Of a DNA stretch of 64,000 nt, positions 12,730 to 28,083 are shown piece after piece. How positions within the stretch are numbered: the stretch's first letter is position 1; the number at the start of each line of letters is the position of its first letter. A program made the translations under genes and the position numbers. The stretch is taken from positions 49,352,001-49,416,000 of the forward strand of contig OX597820.1 of NCBI GenBank assembly GCA_951406725.2. The letters are read 5' to 3'. Origin of the DNA: Octopus vulgaris (taxonomy: Eukaryota). A model generated the notes under the pieces. That model did no database searches. It was not told the DNA's origin and worked only from the letters and a program-made list of their open reading frames with translations.

Positions 12730-13725
12730 GGGTTTAGTGGAGGGGAGGTACGATGACGAGCTCGGGGCGAACCTGGACGTCGACGAGGAGTACCTGACCC
12801 GCCTGTTCAGGACGACTTTCGGGCAGGGGCCCATGGACAACTTCCAGAGATCCCCGGCCTGGCAGTGCTACCGAGAAGCGCTACCCGTTCGGGATAAGCT
12901 CTACAGACACGGCTCGAGAAACACGGGGCCGACCTGCCCGAGATGCGGTCAGAGCGACGAAACCGTTCTGCACGCACTCGTGCAATGTCCAACAATTTCC
13001 GACCTGTGGGCTTATGTCGAACAACTGCTGTCACGTGTGGGACGAGTCGGTTTATCAGCTGAGTCTATCGTCAATATTGTCACGCCTCCTTCCTTCAAAC
13101 GGGAAGGAAGAGCTATTTTCATCATCCTTGTGGCTATGGCGAAAGAATGTATCTGGTGGACGCGTCTGAAAGGATTGGAGACAAACACTTTCCTCTCTGG
13201 TCAATCTCTCATCAACTTCTTCAAGTACCACTTGAAAAGGAAAGTGAGAGTAGAGATGCAAGTTTTGTCTAGCGAGTGTTTTAAAAAAAGATGGGTGAAT
13301 GTAGCAAGAATGGCACGTATGAATGACGAAGCCACCTTGAGCATGATCCTATGAACCCAGAAATTGAAAACAGAGAGTTGCTTATTCGCAAAAAAAAAAA
13401 AAAAATAATAATATAACATGTGACTCCATTGACCGAGGTTACCGTGGTCTTTTCCGTAGGCTTTTCTTTCCACGGGTAAACCTCACCTGTCCTCCCCTTT
13501 ACACTTCATATTGACATTTCTGTGATAACGATCCCTATTGATCAATTGTTTTTTTTTTCCTCTCCCCTTTTTTTTAACCCCTCTTTTTTTGTCCTCTTTC
13601 TCTCCTTTTACGATCCCTTTTGATCGAAACTCCCTCTTCCTTTTTTTTTTTTAAACCTTCAAAAGAAAAGCTCTACCTTGTAATTTGTTCTATCTGTGTG
13701 CAGCCCTGTGTGGCTAATAAAGAAA
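12730..13725 (+). mobile_element. 5'-truncated L1/Tx1-type non-LTR retrotransposon: ORF2 C-terminus with zinc knuckle (zf-RVT-like), 3'UTR and polyA signal
   Basis: Uninterrupted frame 12728-13354 containing ALPVRDKL...TCPRCGQSDETVLHALVQCP...LW and AKECIWWTR, typical of the L1/Tx1 ORF2 C-terminus. Pyrimidine-rich 3'UTR; AATAAA at 13716-13721. Confidence 0.85.
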
Positions 13726-13735
13726 CATATCTATG

Positions 13736-13786
<51 letters not shown>

Positions 13787-14029
13787 ATCTGTCTCTATCT
13801 ATCTGTCTATCTATCTACCCATCCATCCATCTCACCCTATCCTTCTCTTATTTCTCTCTAACACTTCTAAGATTCATAACAATAGAGCAATTTAGTACAT
13901 GCAGTCAATATACCATTATGCAGCTAAGTCTGCGTCACCAATGAAACCCATTCAAGGCACTTGACCACATCTACTTATTCTAGAACTTTTGTTTATGTAA
14001 GCTAAACAAAGAAGGTGGGCTGGTTGCCA

Positions 14030-14460
14030 TAATCACTGCACAGGTCCTCTCCAAAACTGCAGGCAATGATAATCTTTGTGTTCAGTCAGAAGATTCGTAG
14101 TTCGGTGTTTATAAGTGAAAAGAAAGAGTCAGTAGTTACTATTCTGAAGAGAACTAATTAAGTAGTGAATTTTAGTGCAGGATCTGAGTAGTGGTGTCAC
14201 ATGTGGACATTACACGGCTGTGTCTCTGGAGACTGCAACTATTAGCTAATTCGTATGAGCAAAAGTAGTTAACATACAGGAACATAGGCAGAATAAGAGA
14301 GTAAGGCTAACAGATAGACATCTTTGTGGTTAAAAATAGTAATTTTGTTGTTAAAATTTAGGTCACCTTTGATTGGCTAAGCAGATTCTGTCTAGATTTT
14401 GAAAATTGCTTAATTCCAGCACATACTTTTTGTGTAAGAAGCCAGAGTGTGAGTTGAGAG
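14030..14460 (-). mobile_element. Heavily decayed CR1/Jockey-group LINE 3' coding relic
   Basis: Fragmentary minus-strand peptides LDRI, FCSYELAN and SFF occur in the order expected for the post-RT region of these LINEs, with many stops and frameshifts. Confidence 0.3.
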
Positions 14461-14837
14461 AGAGTTACTAAATAATTCTAGCTAGTTGAGCTATCTGTTA
14501 GCGATTCTCTCGTTGGATCATGGGGGTGGGGCAAAGTTGCAATATGTTAGTGAAAAGAAATTAGTTCATATTCGATGAAACTTTCATTTTGTTTGGTAGG
14601 TGCTATCTTGAATACAAATGTACGCATATGCATGTGATGAATTTGATTATATATGAAAAGTAAACCAATCTAGGTTTCACTTGAAATTCTTGGGGAGGAA
14701 ATCAGTGGAACCCATGTAATACATCCTATATAGTCTTATATTTCCGACAGAAAACGATTTACAAGAATTCAAATAAATATTTTTGAACCTCTTGTAAAGT
14801 TAATGGGCACTGCTTCTCTCTCTCCTTCTCACTCTCT

Positions 14838-14884
<47 letters not shown>

Positions 14885-16210
14885 CTCATCTTTTTCTCGC
14901 TCCGTCTCTCTTTAAGATGATGGTATTAAAGATTAGTCAGAATAATTTAGTGTAGTTCTTCGGAAATTATACACAATCTAGGTCACATGATGAAGAAACA
15001 AATCTTGTATGTTTGGTGATGCAAGAAGGAAAAGTTGTACAATCACAGACAAATATCTGTGCTCTATCGATTTAACCAAATATATGATATTCTACAAACA
15101 CCTAAGTTGTTGCTTAAGACAGAAAATTTTTCATAATATGCAAAACATTTACAATGTACAGAACATTTCACACACAAGACATTCTGATAATATGCAAGAC
15201 ATTTCACCGTGTGCAAGTTATTTTATAATGTACCGATTAATTCTCAGCATATTCAAGCATAATTGATGCTGTTCAAGGAAGTATTTTGTCAACCATCTTG
15301 GACGAGAGACTGTCGTTAACAAAAACGGAAGAAATTAAAGATGAAAGAATTTCCGACATTTTCTTAGTCAGTTCTTCCTCCATTTTTCGTCGTCGTTGTC
15401 ATACTCATCTTCCTCGTCCTTTACTCCTACCACTCCTCGTCGAAACCATCGCCGTCGTCATCCTAACTAGCACCACCATCACCGCCGCCACTGCCGCCAC
15501 TACCACTGCCGCCACCACTACCACCGCCACCACCCCACCAACACCAACACCAACATCATCATCGTTACCTTCATCACCATTATAACATCAACGACCAGCA
15601 CGCTAATGCCACCACCATCATCACCATCCTCCTCCACCTTCTCCTCCTACTCCTCATCGTCATCATCATTATCATCATAGCATTCTCTTCTGATTCCTCC
15701 TTCCCTTTTCTATTCTTCTCCATCTTTCCTTTTCTCCACTCCTACGAAACTTTGTAGCTTAATCAAGCCTCCCTACTCTCAGAATTCCTAACGTTGCTCT
15801 GCTGTTGTTGCTCTACTCAAAATTAACACCATACAGCATCAGATGCATATTAGATAAAATGCATTACACTATACAACAATACACCAGAGACACATATGTA
15901 TTGTTATTGCGTCTGTATATGTGTAAGCGTGAGCGTGTATGTATATGCATGCATACAAGAATGTATGTATGTAAATATATGCATGTGTGTGTGTGTGTGT
16001 ATGTATAGGTATCAGTACATATCAATATGTATGTATGCTTATATGTATGTATGCTTGCATGTATATAAAGCATCCTAACATCTGTGAATGTTTAAACAGT
16101 GCAGCTTTCACGATTAAGTGAGGTCTGAAATGTATTTAAAAATGTGTGTATAAAGTTGTGTGAATGTGTGTGTGTATGTATGTATGTATATATACATGTG
16201 TGTATATATT

Positions 16211-16283
<73 letters not shown>

Positions 16284-17152
16284 CTGTATCTATATCTATG
16301 TATGTATATATATATATATATACATACATACATTGTATGTGTATATATCGTATTTAATGCTGGTAATAAAATATAGTTTGGCTACCAAATCTCACTAGTA
16401 GACGTCTCATTCGCTTACTAAGTAAGCTATCAGCGCTATGGGCGCTGCCTATTACTAGATAGATAGATCCACGACAGACATATTATACATTCATTAAACG
16501 ATATCCGATATTAATCAAGCCACCCTGAAAGGAAAGGAAAAGAAAAAAAGATATCACGTCTTCCGGTAGCAGAACCTAATAAACGCTGGAAAATATTTTC
16601 TGTCTGAGAGCATATATATATCCATTTAAATGTGTATGTGTATATGTACGTATATATATACCCGCATGTTTATATCTATATATGTATATATAAATACATT
16701 CAGACACAAACACATATATGAAATTGCCAGACTTATGTGCATATATGTATTTTAAGCGTATGCTTATGCAATAGTTTGCATTCCTTTAAATTGATGGGGT
16801 TGTCTTTTCTCGTATAAAATATATTTCTTCTCATTTTGCTGAGTCTACAGTTAATGTTTGGCTAAAATTATATACATATGAAAACAATTCCAATTTTATT
16901 TATTAAAAACAAAAAGACCTTACAGGCAAATAGTAAAAGTCAACAAGAATATTCCTCAGTGTTTATTCTAGTTTCAAATCTCGTCTATCTGTCTCCTCTT
17001 TAGTATACTGACTGACAGAATCTGATTATTAGTTCCAAAACAATGTCTTCACCAATTAAGCAGCCTCCAGATAAGAAAGAACACTATTACACAACTACGT
17101 TTATATATATGTGTGTATGTGTGCGTACATATGTATACAAACACAGACATGC

Positions 17153-17194
<42 letters not shown>

Positions 17195-17764
17195 CCACAG
17201 ACGTAAATACACACACATGCATAAACTTTACTTAACGTATCGGGTGAATTTTCTCTCGTTTGCCCACGTACACTCGTACACTAGAATCTAAATGTGCACA
17301 CATATATATATATATATATATATATGCATATATATATATATACATACATACTGTATATGTGTATATGCTTGTAGATATATTTCCTATTCATCATACATAT
17401 GTAAATAGAGAGAGAGAGAGAGATGAGCAAGAATCAGCCAAGGAGACAGTTAAGCACAAACAAACATTTGCGTGATCTTGTGTAATTCTTAAATGAAAGC
17501 TTTTTCTCTTTTTTTTTTTGTGCCCTTCATCCAGCTAAATATTGGTATTTATTATATCGCTCACCAACAGGCAAAAGGAAAATTTTATACGACTAACATT
17601 TGAGCTTATCACTTCGAAAGGCAGAACAGCAAATACATACCACACGCGCATTACACACTTATACACACACATAAACATACGAAAAATATATGTCTAAACA
17701 CCATGAAATACGGTCAGACACTTGACTGTATCTTTTCCTGTGTTATAAGTGACTTGTATTAAAT

Positions 17765-17910
17765 TACTGGTACACTGTGTGCGCTGTGTACCAGTATTCG
17801 ACCGTTCAGTAACTAGACAATTTTTCATACAAGGAATTTTATAGTCTACTTAGAGATTCCTCACAGTGTAGTATATTCGAAAATACGGTGCCGCGCACAC
17901 AGTGTTTCAA
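17765..17910. mobile_element. Small MITE-like inverted-repeat element
   Basis: 'acactgtgtgcgc' (17772-17784) and its exact reverse complement 'gcgcacacagtgt' (17893-17905), with looser complementarity continuing inward. Confidence 0.45.
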
Positions 17911-18218
17911 TGCAGTCAGTACTGCTTTCCGTTGGCATGGAGTTAAATTCCTCCACAGTAACGAAAACAAATATTCAGAAGACAAAGATGGTTCGTACAC
18001 AGATGACGGTCTTCTAACACTGTTGAAATGCAATCGAGAAACATGTGCACCTTGCTTGTTCCAAATTAGAACGCAACACAACACAGTCTTACATTTTCGA
18101 GATGACGTCCAACATCTTTTACCATCCGTAGTACTCATACAATAAACTAGATTAAATTATACTATAACATGTGTAAACACACACACACACAAACACATAG
18201 ATAGATAGATAGATAGAC

Positions 18219-18279
<61 letters not shown>

Positions 18280-18280
18280 T

Positions 18281-18445
18281 ACAATGGGCTTCTTTCAGTT
18301 TCCGATGGTCGAATTCGATCACAAGGCTCTGGCCTGCCCGAGGCTATAGTATAAAACACTTGCCCAGGCTGACATACATTAGGACTATATGAGAAACTAT
18401 GTTGTTGGTCATCAAGTCTCTTACCACGCAGCCACGTCTGCGCCT
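18281..18445 (-). mobile_element. SINE family B, 5' half
   Basis: Reverse complement of the first ~165 bp of the full copy at 60776-61186 ('gggcttctttcagtttccg...gaggctatagt...cacttgccc...accacgcagcc'). Confidence 0.75.
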
Positions 18446-19046
18446 ACATATATAATCGCAATGTAAAAGGATTACTGTCGTAGATTTTACAAACTTTTAA
18501 TAAAAATTAGTAACCTATACCGTGGAAGAATTCCAGTATATTAATTCACTATTTTATCAGTATGGCACAATGTTTATTATCAATTGGAATGTAAAAAAGA
18601 ACAATAACAGCATAATTTTAGTTCGTTTTAATTTAGTTTGTGAATAATTAAAACTGGTTGAATTGTTTGCCATCATGATTAATGCACTTTTGTTATCATA
18701 CTCTATTGATTTTCTGTATAACTAAGGCAAATTAAGACGATTAATTAATTAATACGAATATTTATTAATTATTTACAAAAGTTACGCAAACCTCAATGGA
18801 TATTCCAAATATTCCCCCTCTCGATTTAATTCCCCCACCTCTCGCTTTAATTCGCCCCTTCTCTCTTTCCCTCTCTCTCTTTCTCTTTCTCTGTTTGTCT
18901 GTCTGTCTGTCTCTCTCTCTCTATCTCTATCTCTCTCTCTCCCTCTCTTTCTCTCTCTCTCTCTATATATATATTATATAAACATGCACACACATATATA
19001 CATGGATGTGCATATGTGTATATATGTGTGTATGTGTGTGTATGCG

Positions 19047-19085
<39 letters not shown>

Positions 19086-19740
19086 ATGTGTGTGTGTGTA
19101 GGTATGATATGTATGTATATGCAATGGAGAAATGAAGAGAGAGCGAGAGAGAGATAGTGAAAGAGAATGAAAAGTAGACAGACAAGACAGACTTATACGA
19201 ATAGTCTTCTATAAACATATGTATACACATTATAAACGCAAACATACACACACAATCACGCATATATATGACGAACAACGATACCCATAGAAAGATAAAG
19301 AGAGAGATGGAAATAGAGGAAGAGAGAGAAAATATACTAAATATGTATAAAATCATATAAATACAGATTTAGACTGAGAATAGAGGAAGAAGTAGAGAAG
19401 GAGAGAGGGAGAGAGAGAGAGAGAAAATGAAGGAGAGAGTTTTTGAAGAGATGGATAATGGAGTGAAACAGACAGTGAGTCGGTTACATATAAAAGCGGG
19501 TGTGAAAAGGAAACGTGTCCCCAGGAAATCAATGCAATAAATTGTCTGTAACTTCGGGTTTGCCATGTTCAAAGAAATTTGGTTTAAATATTTTATTTGA
19601 TTGGCACCATGCTGATCGTGTTGTTGTTGTGCAACTCACTGATATAGCATTGTGCGTAGTTCTGGTTTGTTGCTCCTGAACCGAAACAGCTAGCCAAAAA
19701 CAGCAGCGCTTAGTGTATAATAAGATTTTACAACGTCAGC

Positions 19741-19820
<80 letters not shown>

Positions 19821-20000
19821 CAACAACAACTGGTACAATGGTAATAAAGGCGACGATAGCGATGAAGGGGATGAAGAATATAACGATGACGATAACGATG
19901 ATGACGGCGACAACGGTTCCAACATCGGGAACAATATAATCTACAGAAATATGATTTATTTTAGCTTGGCCCAGCCATCCAATTCGAATCCACTCTCTGA

Positions 20001-20080
<80 letters not shown>

Positions 20081-20192
20081 ATGTATATATATATATATAT
20101 ACATGTATGTATCTATGTATGTGTGTGTATGCATGTACATACATAAGTACATACATGTACATTTATAAATGTGTGCATGCATATGTGTGTAC

Positions 20193-20239
<47 letters not shown>

Positions 20240-20721
20240 GAGAGAAATATATGGTAAGATGATTGACAGATAAACTGATAAATTGACAGAAAGATAGAGA
20301 GAGCGATAGAGAGAGAGAGAGAGAAAGAAAGAGAGAAAGAAAGAGAGAAAGAAACAAAGAAACAAAGAAACAAAGAAAGAGAGAAAGAAGGAAGGAAGGA
20401 AAGAAAGAAAGAGGGAGAATGGGAAGTTTATACGCATCAAAGTACGAACGCTCACAGAGACGCACGTACACACAAACATATAAAATACGCATATGCATAA
20501 GTATCTCTGTATGTGTGGATGTATTTAAGTTATTTACATCATAAGCACTTTTATATGCTTTCAAAATCACAATAATAAAGTATAATGGAATATAATAATA
20601 TATATCCATTTATACTTACATACCAAATATCCAAAACCATATCTGAATAGCTATCCATATTTATATGGCTATCTTGCATTCCCTTATTCTCTTGTTCTTT
20701 TCCCACAAAGTCTTGCTCACT

Positions 20722-20811
<90 letters not shown>

Positions 20812-21083
20812 ACGCAGAGAAACACAATTATATATATATATATATATATTTATATATACATCTACATGTATGTACGTACGTATATAAATGCGTGTGTGTT
20901 TTTATATGTACACACCAATATATACACAAGAATTAAATACATTTAATACATACATTATCGTAGCCAATATTTACAGGCTTGGTATACATAGTTATTATGA
21001 TTCATAAACTTTCTGTAATGAAACGGGAAAACAAACAAACACACTTACAAATCACATACACACAACACATAAACATATAAGAA

Positions 21084-21131
<48 letters not shown>

Positions 21132-21602
21132 GTGTGCAAGTTTATATATATATAGATATATATATACACGAATATATATTATTACTAACAATGATGATGA
21201 GGTGGACGACAAAAATAATAACAATAATATATAAATAATATATCTAAATAAACAATATATCACAATGTACACATCAAAAATATATATAATATACACCCAC
21301 ATTCTTATATCAATAATATAGAAGATATACATATGAATATCTTGTGTGTGTGTATGTGTGTGAGTGTGTGTGAGTGTGCGTGTGTGTACATGTACATATA
21401 TTCATTGCTAAATAAAGATATATAATAAAATGTTCCAAGGTTTGATAGGGTCCAGTTATTCCTGCTTTTCAACTCTAGATAAATCGATGGCCAAAGACAC
21501 TATGCGTGTGTATATGTAAATAAATAAATAAATAAACATACACACATGCATACATATATGCATATATATATATATATATATGTAGATATGTATATAAGTG
21601 TG

Positions 21603-21665
<63 letters not shown>

Positions 21666-21702
21666 AACATATATACATACACTTATAAATATATATACAT
21701 AC

Positions 21703-21753
<51 letters not shown>

Positions 21754-22311
21754 TCTATCGTTTATTTTACATTATTTTTATTCATTTCTTTCGTCCATTC
21801 TAAATCTCTGAAAATATCTCTCTCTATTTCTCCTGTTCTCTGTGTCTCTCTCCAAAATTCTATCTCTCTGCCTATACATTCCCTTACTTTCAACATGGTT
21901 TATGATTATAAAGTGAAGTAGACAGACGTCCTGATAATCAAAAATATCGCCTTCATCATACCACCCCTCCCCAACCACCATAAAAAAATTTACAGGGCAA
22001 GGAAATGATAGGAAAAAAGAACTAAAATAAAAATAAATACAAAACAATATCGGGGTGAAGCAATAACTTGTATGATACATATACACATACGTACACACGA
22101 GCACACACAAACACACACACACATACATATATATAAAGAGAGAGAGATAGAGAGAGAGAGAGAGTGAGAGACAGATATGCACACACATACATGTATATGT
22201 GTTTGCGTATTCCTATATATATATATATATATTTTATGTATATACATATATATATTTATACATACCATGATGCAAATAAAGGATTCGGAAGCATAGTAAA
22301 ATACAAAATAC

Positions 22312-22343
22312 AAATAATAATAATAATAACAATAATAATAATG

Positions 22344-22425
<82 letters not shown>
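22312..22425 (+). repeat. (AAT)n microsatellite
   Basis: Direct reading. Confidence 0.95.
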
Positions 22426-22426
<1 letters not shown>

Positions 22427-22611
22427 CCACCAAAAATATTGCTGGAGAAAATATATAATAGAAATGGCGAAAGTATAATATCCTACTGGCTTTTATATTT
22501 TCCGCGTAAATCGATTCGATTTGGTTTATGTAGATGCGATAGAAAATGATAAAAGGAGAGGAATAATATACAGACGTACGTACATACATATATACATGCA
22601 TACATGTGTAT

Positions 22612-22649
<38 letters not shown>

Positions 22650-23023
22650 AAGCAAGTATATATGTAGTATGTAAGTATAAGTATGAAACGAAGAATCAAC
22701 CGGCCAAGAAGCTTATTTAATTCAGACCCAGCAAAACAAAAAAAAAAAATGGAAGAAAAACAAAATTCAAACAATAATGAAAGCAAGTAACAATATTGAA
22801 GTAGACGACATTACAAAGGTAGAGTAATATATCACGACGACGGCGAGTTTGCTGCGTCAGATGCTCGTGTTGGAAAGCAATACTTTGTATTGTGACCTCA
22901 GCTTAGACCCTGTAACATTAACGACAGCCATGATGTCTAAAAAAAAAAACTCAGTTGTTTAAATAGAGACAGAATCTTTGCATCATGAGGAAGATAATAA
23001 TGGATATATATATGTATATGTAC

Positions 23024-23093
<70 letters not shown>

Positions 23094-23187
23094 TTATGAA
23101 TGTATCCATACAAGAATATATGTACGCATGTATGTATGATACGATATCTGTATACATGAAGTAGATGCACGCATCTTCATAGGTTTA

Positions 23188-23250
<63 letters not shown>

Positions 23251-23399
23251 TGTACGTATATTGAAATGACACATAGCTATATGCATATATCTATGTATAT
23301 AATCTTATATTTTGTCAATAAAATTATCTTATGCAAACAGATCTACAAAGCAGGCAAACACGGGCGAGCAAGTGTACCCGTACCCGTATTGGCACATGC

Positions 23400-23470
<71 letters not shown>

Positions 23471-26111
23471 TGTCTATTTATGCATAGTCCAAATAGCCTT
23501 TACGAATGTAAATATAAACAAGCATATATATGCACCCGTGAACACACGCAGACATTATCATTTCATACGTTGTATAAGCGAAAGTCTTCCTCGACACTCT
23601 TTCGAATTACGCGGTTAATAATGTTTATTCTCGGTCTTAAACGTTGTAGAGTCCGTTTCCTGTAACTAATTTCTTTATATACACCATACGAGTATCAGTG
23701 CTTATATCTACTGCTTCACGTATGTATATCTTAGAATATAGACCAATGCATGCTGTCTCATATGTTCAAACCGATTGGCCAGACGTCTTCTGACTGAATG
23801 ACAGCGATGATTTCAATAGGATACGAACACTGTTCCATGTGTTTTCACTAAATACTGTGTATATTTTAGTATGGCAAATAATCATTATCATAATATTTTT
23901 CTACGTTTATATATTTGATTTGCAAGATTCCTGATGCGGAATCGTGTGTTAAAAAAGATATTGTTATATTTGAAGATGGTCATATTTTGCCAATTAAATT
24001 TTTAACAAGCGGGACCCGTGAATATTTCATGAAATGAATGGTAAGCCTATTGGGCAATTTCTGAAAACTTCATAAAAGAAAACTTGAAAGCGTAACCTGT
24101 ATTGTGTCTGTATGGAAAGATAGTCGCTCATTTGCAACTTATTGAAAAGTAAAAGAAATCGGAATATGATACTTATTTAATGCACTTTTTAGATACACTT
24201 TATATACTTTATGCAGTTTTATAGACTTAATACATAGCACTCGTAAAATAAATATTTTTCCCCATAAAAATATTCCGTGCATATGACACAACCTTTAGTT
24301 AAACTGCATATATCTGCTACATAAATAAACGTGAATATTTCACGGAATTGCACTTCCGTGCATGCGTTAAGAGATAGGTGATATAAAAAAGTTAGTTTTA
24401 TTACCCCACCCAAAAAAATGCTGGTTCCTGTAATTTCTCTTTCTAAGAGGAAGAATGATGGGAGGTAACTTATGTCCTGACAATTAACCAACAAGTCATA
24501 AAACCTGTCAGGATAAATTATCTACTTTCCATTGTCCGCAAAGAATAAATATGTATATTTACATAATCGGCTTCTCTGCGACGTGAGTGTTGAAAACTAT
24601 ATGTAAATCTATCTACATTGAGTATGTTTGAGATACAGACATAAGTAAATTAGAGAGACACACACACATAAGCACTTACACACACACATATATAAATGCA
24701 TACATAAATATATGTAAATATACATATATGCATACCAACATTCATACCTGTATATATATACATATATATATATATATATGCTGCTATTCATGAACATATG
24801 TAAGTACATATGTTGGAGTGTAACCCAGTGCTACCTTTCTCTCAGAGGGAAACCAACAACACAACCAGACACAGATCTGCTCTCTCTCTCTTTCCGTCTT
24901 CGACTGTCATTCTTACACACACACATACACGCGGGCACACACACAAACACAGAGCTATCACCACCACCACCACCACCACCACATATACATATGTATATTC
25001 CTTAACAAATAGACCTTAACACACTTAGAATTGTTGTTTCTCCAATAGAAGAGCCCATAACTTCAGATGTACTGTATTTCATACTGGAATGTACCGCGTC
25101 CGTTTGATGTTCAAACTTAGCTGTTTCTTCAAAACACCCGCATTGCCGCACTGCATAAACATATATAGGCTTATACGCGAAAAGATATGCATATACCACT
25201 AAATACGCACACACACGTGCGCGCACAGTCACACACACGTGCACCACCACAGAGGAACATTCTCAAGTATACGAACAACACTCATTCACACGAAAATATC
25301 CTGTCACAGACGTAGTACATTCGCAAATTACACTTAAATACTTCTCAACTCACGTCCAGCGAAAGAAGTACGCTAGCTACTTTCGCCCACATATATACAT
25401 AAAATCTTACATATATACCAATATACATACAAACTCACATGCATATACATATATATATATACGTTGCTGCTTACGTGCATATTTACATACAAATGATTAT
25501 ATACACATAGATACCTATATCTACCAACATAAATACACATACATACATACATACATACATACATACATAGATATGTACATAACACGCATTTAGCGGTGCG
25601 TAAACAATAGGCATTTTGTGTTTATAATTCCTGTAAGCAAACAAGAATGTTTAATATTGAAGAAAGTAATACGACACTGTTATTATTGTACTAATTTATC
25701 AGCTGGTGCAAACATGCGTCGCATACACAAACTAACACACTTCCTCACACAAGACACACACACACAACACACAACACATACTCAAATACTTCAATACAAA
25801 TCCTCGTACATACACACTCATACAAACACGCAAATCCACATATTGAAACTTGCATAAAATCTCCCTTCATACACAATCACTCACACATGTATTCGCCCAA
25901 CACAGATGTAGTCTTTATGTGGTATTCTCGCCATGCTAAACATAGCAGTCCAGTATCCCTTAACCAATACGCTACAGTCATGTAAAAGAAACCTATTTAT
26001 ATAAAGTAGTCTAATCCATGCTCTTGACATGATTACAGTTATTACGCCTTTAATCAAATCAGGACTGATCATGGGCTAAATAACCACAATAATATAAAAG
26101 CACACCTTTCT

Positions 26112-26324
26112 GGTGCCACTTTAGTCTGTGGTCTACCTGGCTATTAACACTTCAACGTACAGTGTTACTCTAACTCTAACACTAACCTTAATCCTAAACC
26201 CTATACCTAATCCTAAACTCTGAACCTAAATCCTAACAGTTGAACCCCAACACCAAACCCTTAACCTAACCCTAACCCAGATCAGATCATTTCATAGCAG
26301 TAGACAGCATGCTAACGTAGCGTC
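26112..26324. mobile_element. MITE-like element with degenerate TIRs enclosing degenerate (CCCTAA)n telomere-like repeats
   Basis: Left end 'ggtgccactttagtctgtggtctacctggctat' versus reverse complement of the right end 'gacgctacgttagcatgctgtctactgctat'; internal cctaa/ccctaa variants at about 26168-26278. Confidence 0.5.
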
Positions 26325-27569
26325 AATTTTCTTGAATATAAGTAAACAGAACCTGTTGTTTTATTATTTTTATTTTTATTAAATTTTGACGTAATATTAC
26401 AAACAATAAATGTTGACGGTCTTTGTGAGTTTCTGAATGGCTAACATGTGTTTTTCACGCTGCAACCGTTTTAGTTTCATCATACGATCTTAGATCAAAA
26501 CACTTGCAATGCATGTACATTTCAGTAATTTTTAGATATTATCAAGGGAAACTTCATCCGTGTACAAGCTTTCCTCTCCTTGTTCAAGGATATGTCTATA
26601 ATTCACAGTGTATGTGTGTATCTCTTAAAATGTGCGATATATTATATTTACGTTTGACTAGTGGTATTCTTCTTATCATTGCTTACATGGCAGAATTACT
26701 GAAATATTTGTGAAACTACTAGTTATAACGTAAATCATTGGTGGGAATACAATTACTTCTAAAATTTAAACGACATCGTTACGGTTGTGACATCTTTGAT
26801 TAAATATCAACGAAATCTGATCTTTCTCATCGACTCCAACAGCACCTTCGAGAATCATGAGGTAACACCTATTGTTTTTGATGGAGTATTCTTATTGGTT
26901 CAAAATATTATTGTTACACTGTGTAACACGTAATCGTCTCAAGCCATCAATTACCGTTCAAGATATATGATAATAAATGCAAGAGAGCTGCGACGATTAA
27001 CAATTTGAAGTGCAATAAAATTAGCAACACGAACAATACGAAAAAATATATAAACGTCATAACAATTAAGAAGAACCATTTTGCCGTTGTTATTTCATTC
27101 CTTTTGTCCGACCTCATGAAAATCCACAACCAAGCTATCACAATAATCACATCATATTTTAAATTTACTTTTTTTTTTTTTTTTTTTGCTTGGGTTAGTA
27201 TTTGAAGATACATACATAATTGTACTGATAAAGCGAATTGTCAAACTTCAAAGGGGTTATTACCTTTTCAAAATATGCTACAGTTCCTTCATCAATTTTT
27301 AAGCCTTTTCTCCTTACATTTCTTTTCAACGAATACTATTACCAAGATCCGTCAACCTCAGAATTGTATGAGGGTACTTATCCGCGGCATTGCCAAATGG
27401 AACAGCATGTTGCTTTCAGTGATGTTCTGATGCGAAGTCAATCCGTCGTACGTTGCGAAGAAATTAATACTTGCCGACATGATAGCAATATAACATAAGT
27501 CTGGTTGAATTTGAGAATTGATGAAACAATTGTAAACAATGTAGGAAAATAATTTGGTACCACAACATT

Positions 27570-27900
27570 TCGATGTTTTATAATTGGCAAAAGTGGTTGT
27601 CTGGTGGACGAGGCTGAAAGGCATGTGGGCAAAGACTTTCTTCTTTGGTAAAGCTCCCATTGACTTCTTAAAGTTTCACTTGAAAAGGAAAGTGAGGGTG
27701 GAGAGGAAGTTGCCAACAGTGGATAGCACCATTCTAAGTATAGACCTGTGAATCGGAAAACAAGAACTGGAGAGGGCATCTGCCCTTAATATTCAGGGAG
27801 ATCTTAGACGGTGTGGTTCCTTGATAATCTCTAGAGGTTCTCCTCTGTCGGGGGAGGGAGCACATTGTTACCATAATCTCCCTTTAATTTTTATTTTTAT
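27570..27900 (+). mobile_element. Older decayed copy of the L1/Tx1-type 3' end
   Basis: 'tctggtggacgaggctgaaagg...cacttgaaaaggaaagtgagggtggagagg' aligns with about 13150-13258 ('tctggtggacgcgtctgaaagg...cacttgaaaaggaaagtgagagtagagatg'). Confidence 0.75.
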
Positions 27901-27980
27901 TTAATTTATTTATTATTTCATTTTTACTACGTTTTTCACCGCTTTATTTTAAATTGTGTATATGCATACACATATATATG

Positions 27981-28083
<103 letters not shown>

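Noticed and set aside
19486-20000. TATAAAAG box followed by an N/D-rich open frame
   Set aside because: No start codon or splice signals; the frame is decayed AAT/GAT repeat, and TATA-like words are common at this AT content.
23590-23655. actct...agagt stem with a vaguely hammerhead-like interior
   Set aside because: Neither CUGANGA nor GAAA is present.
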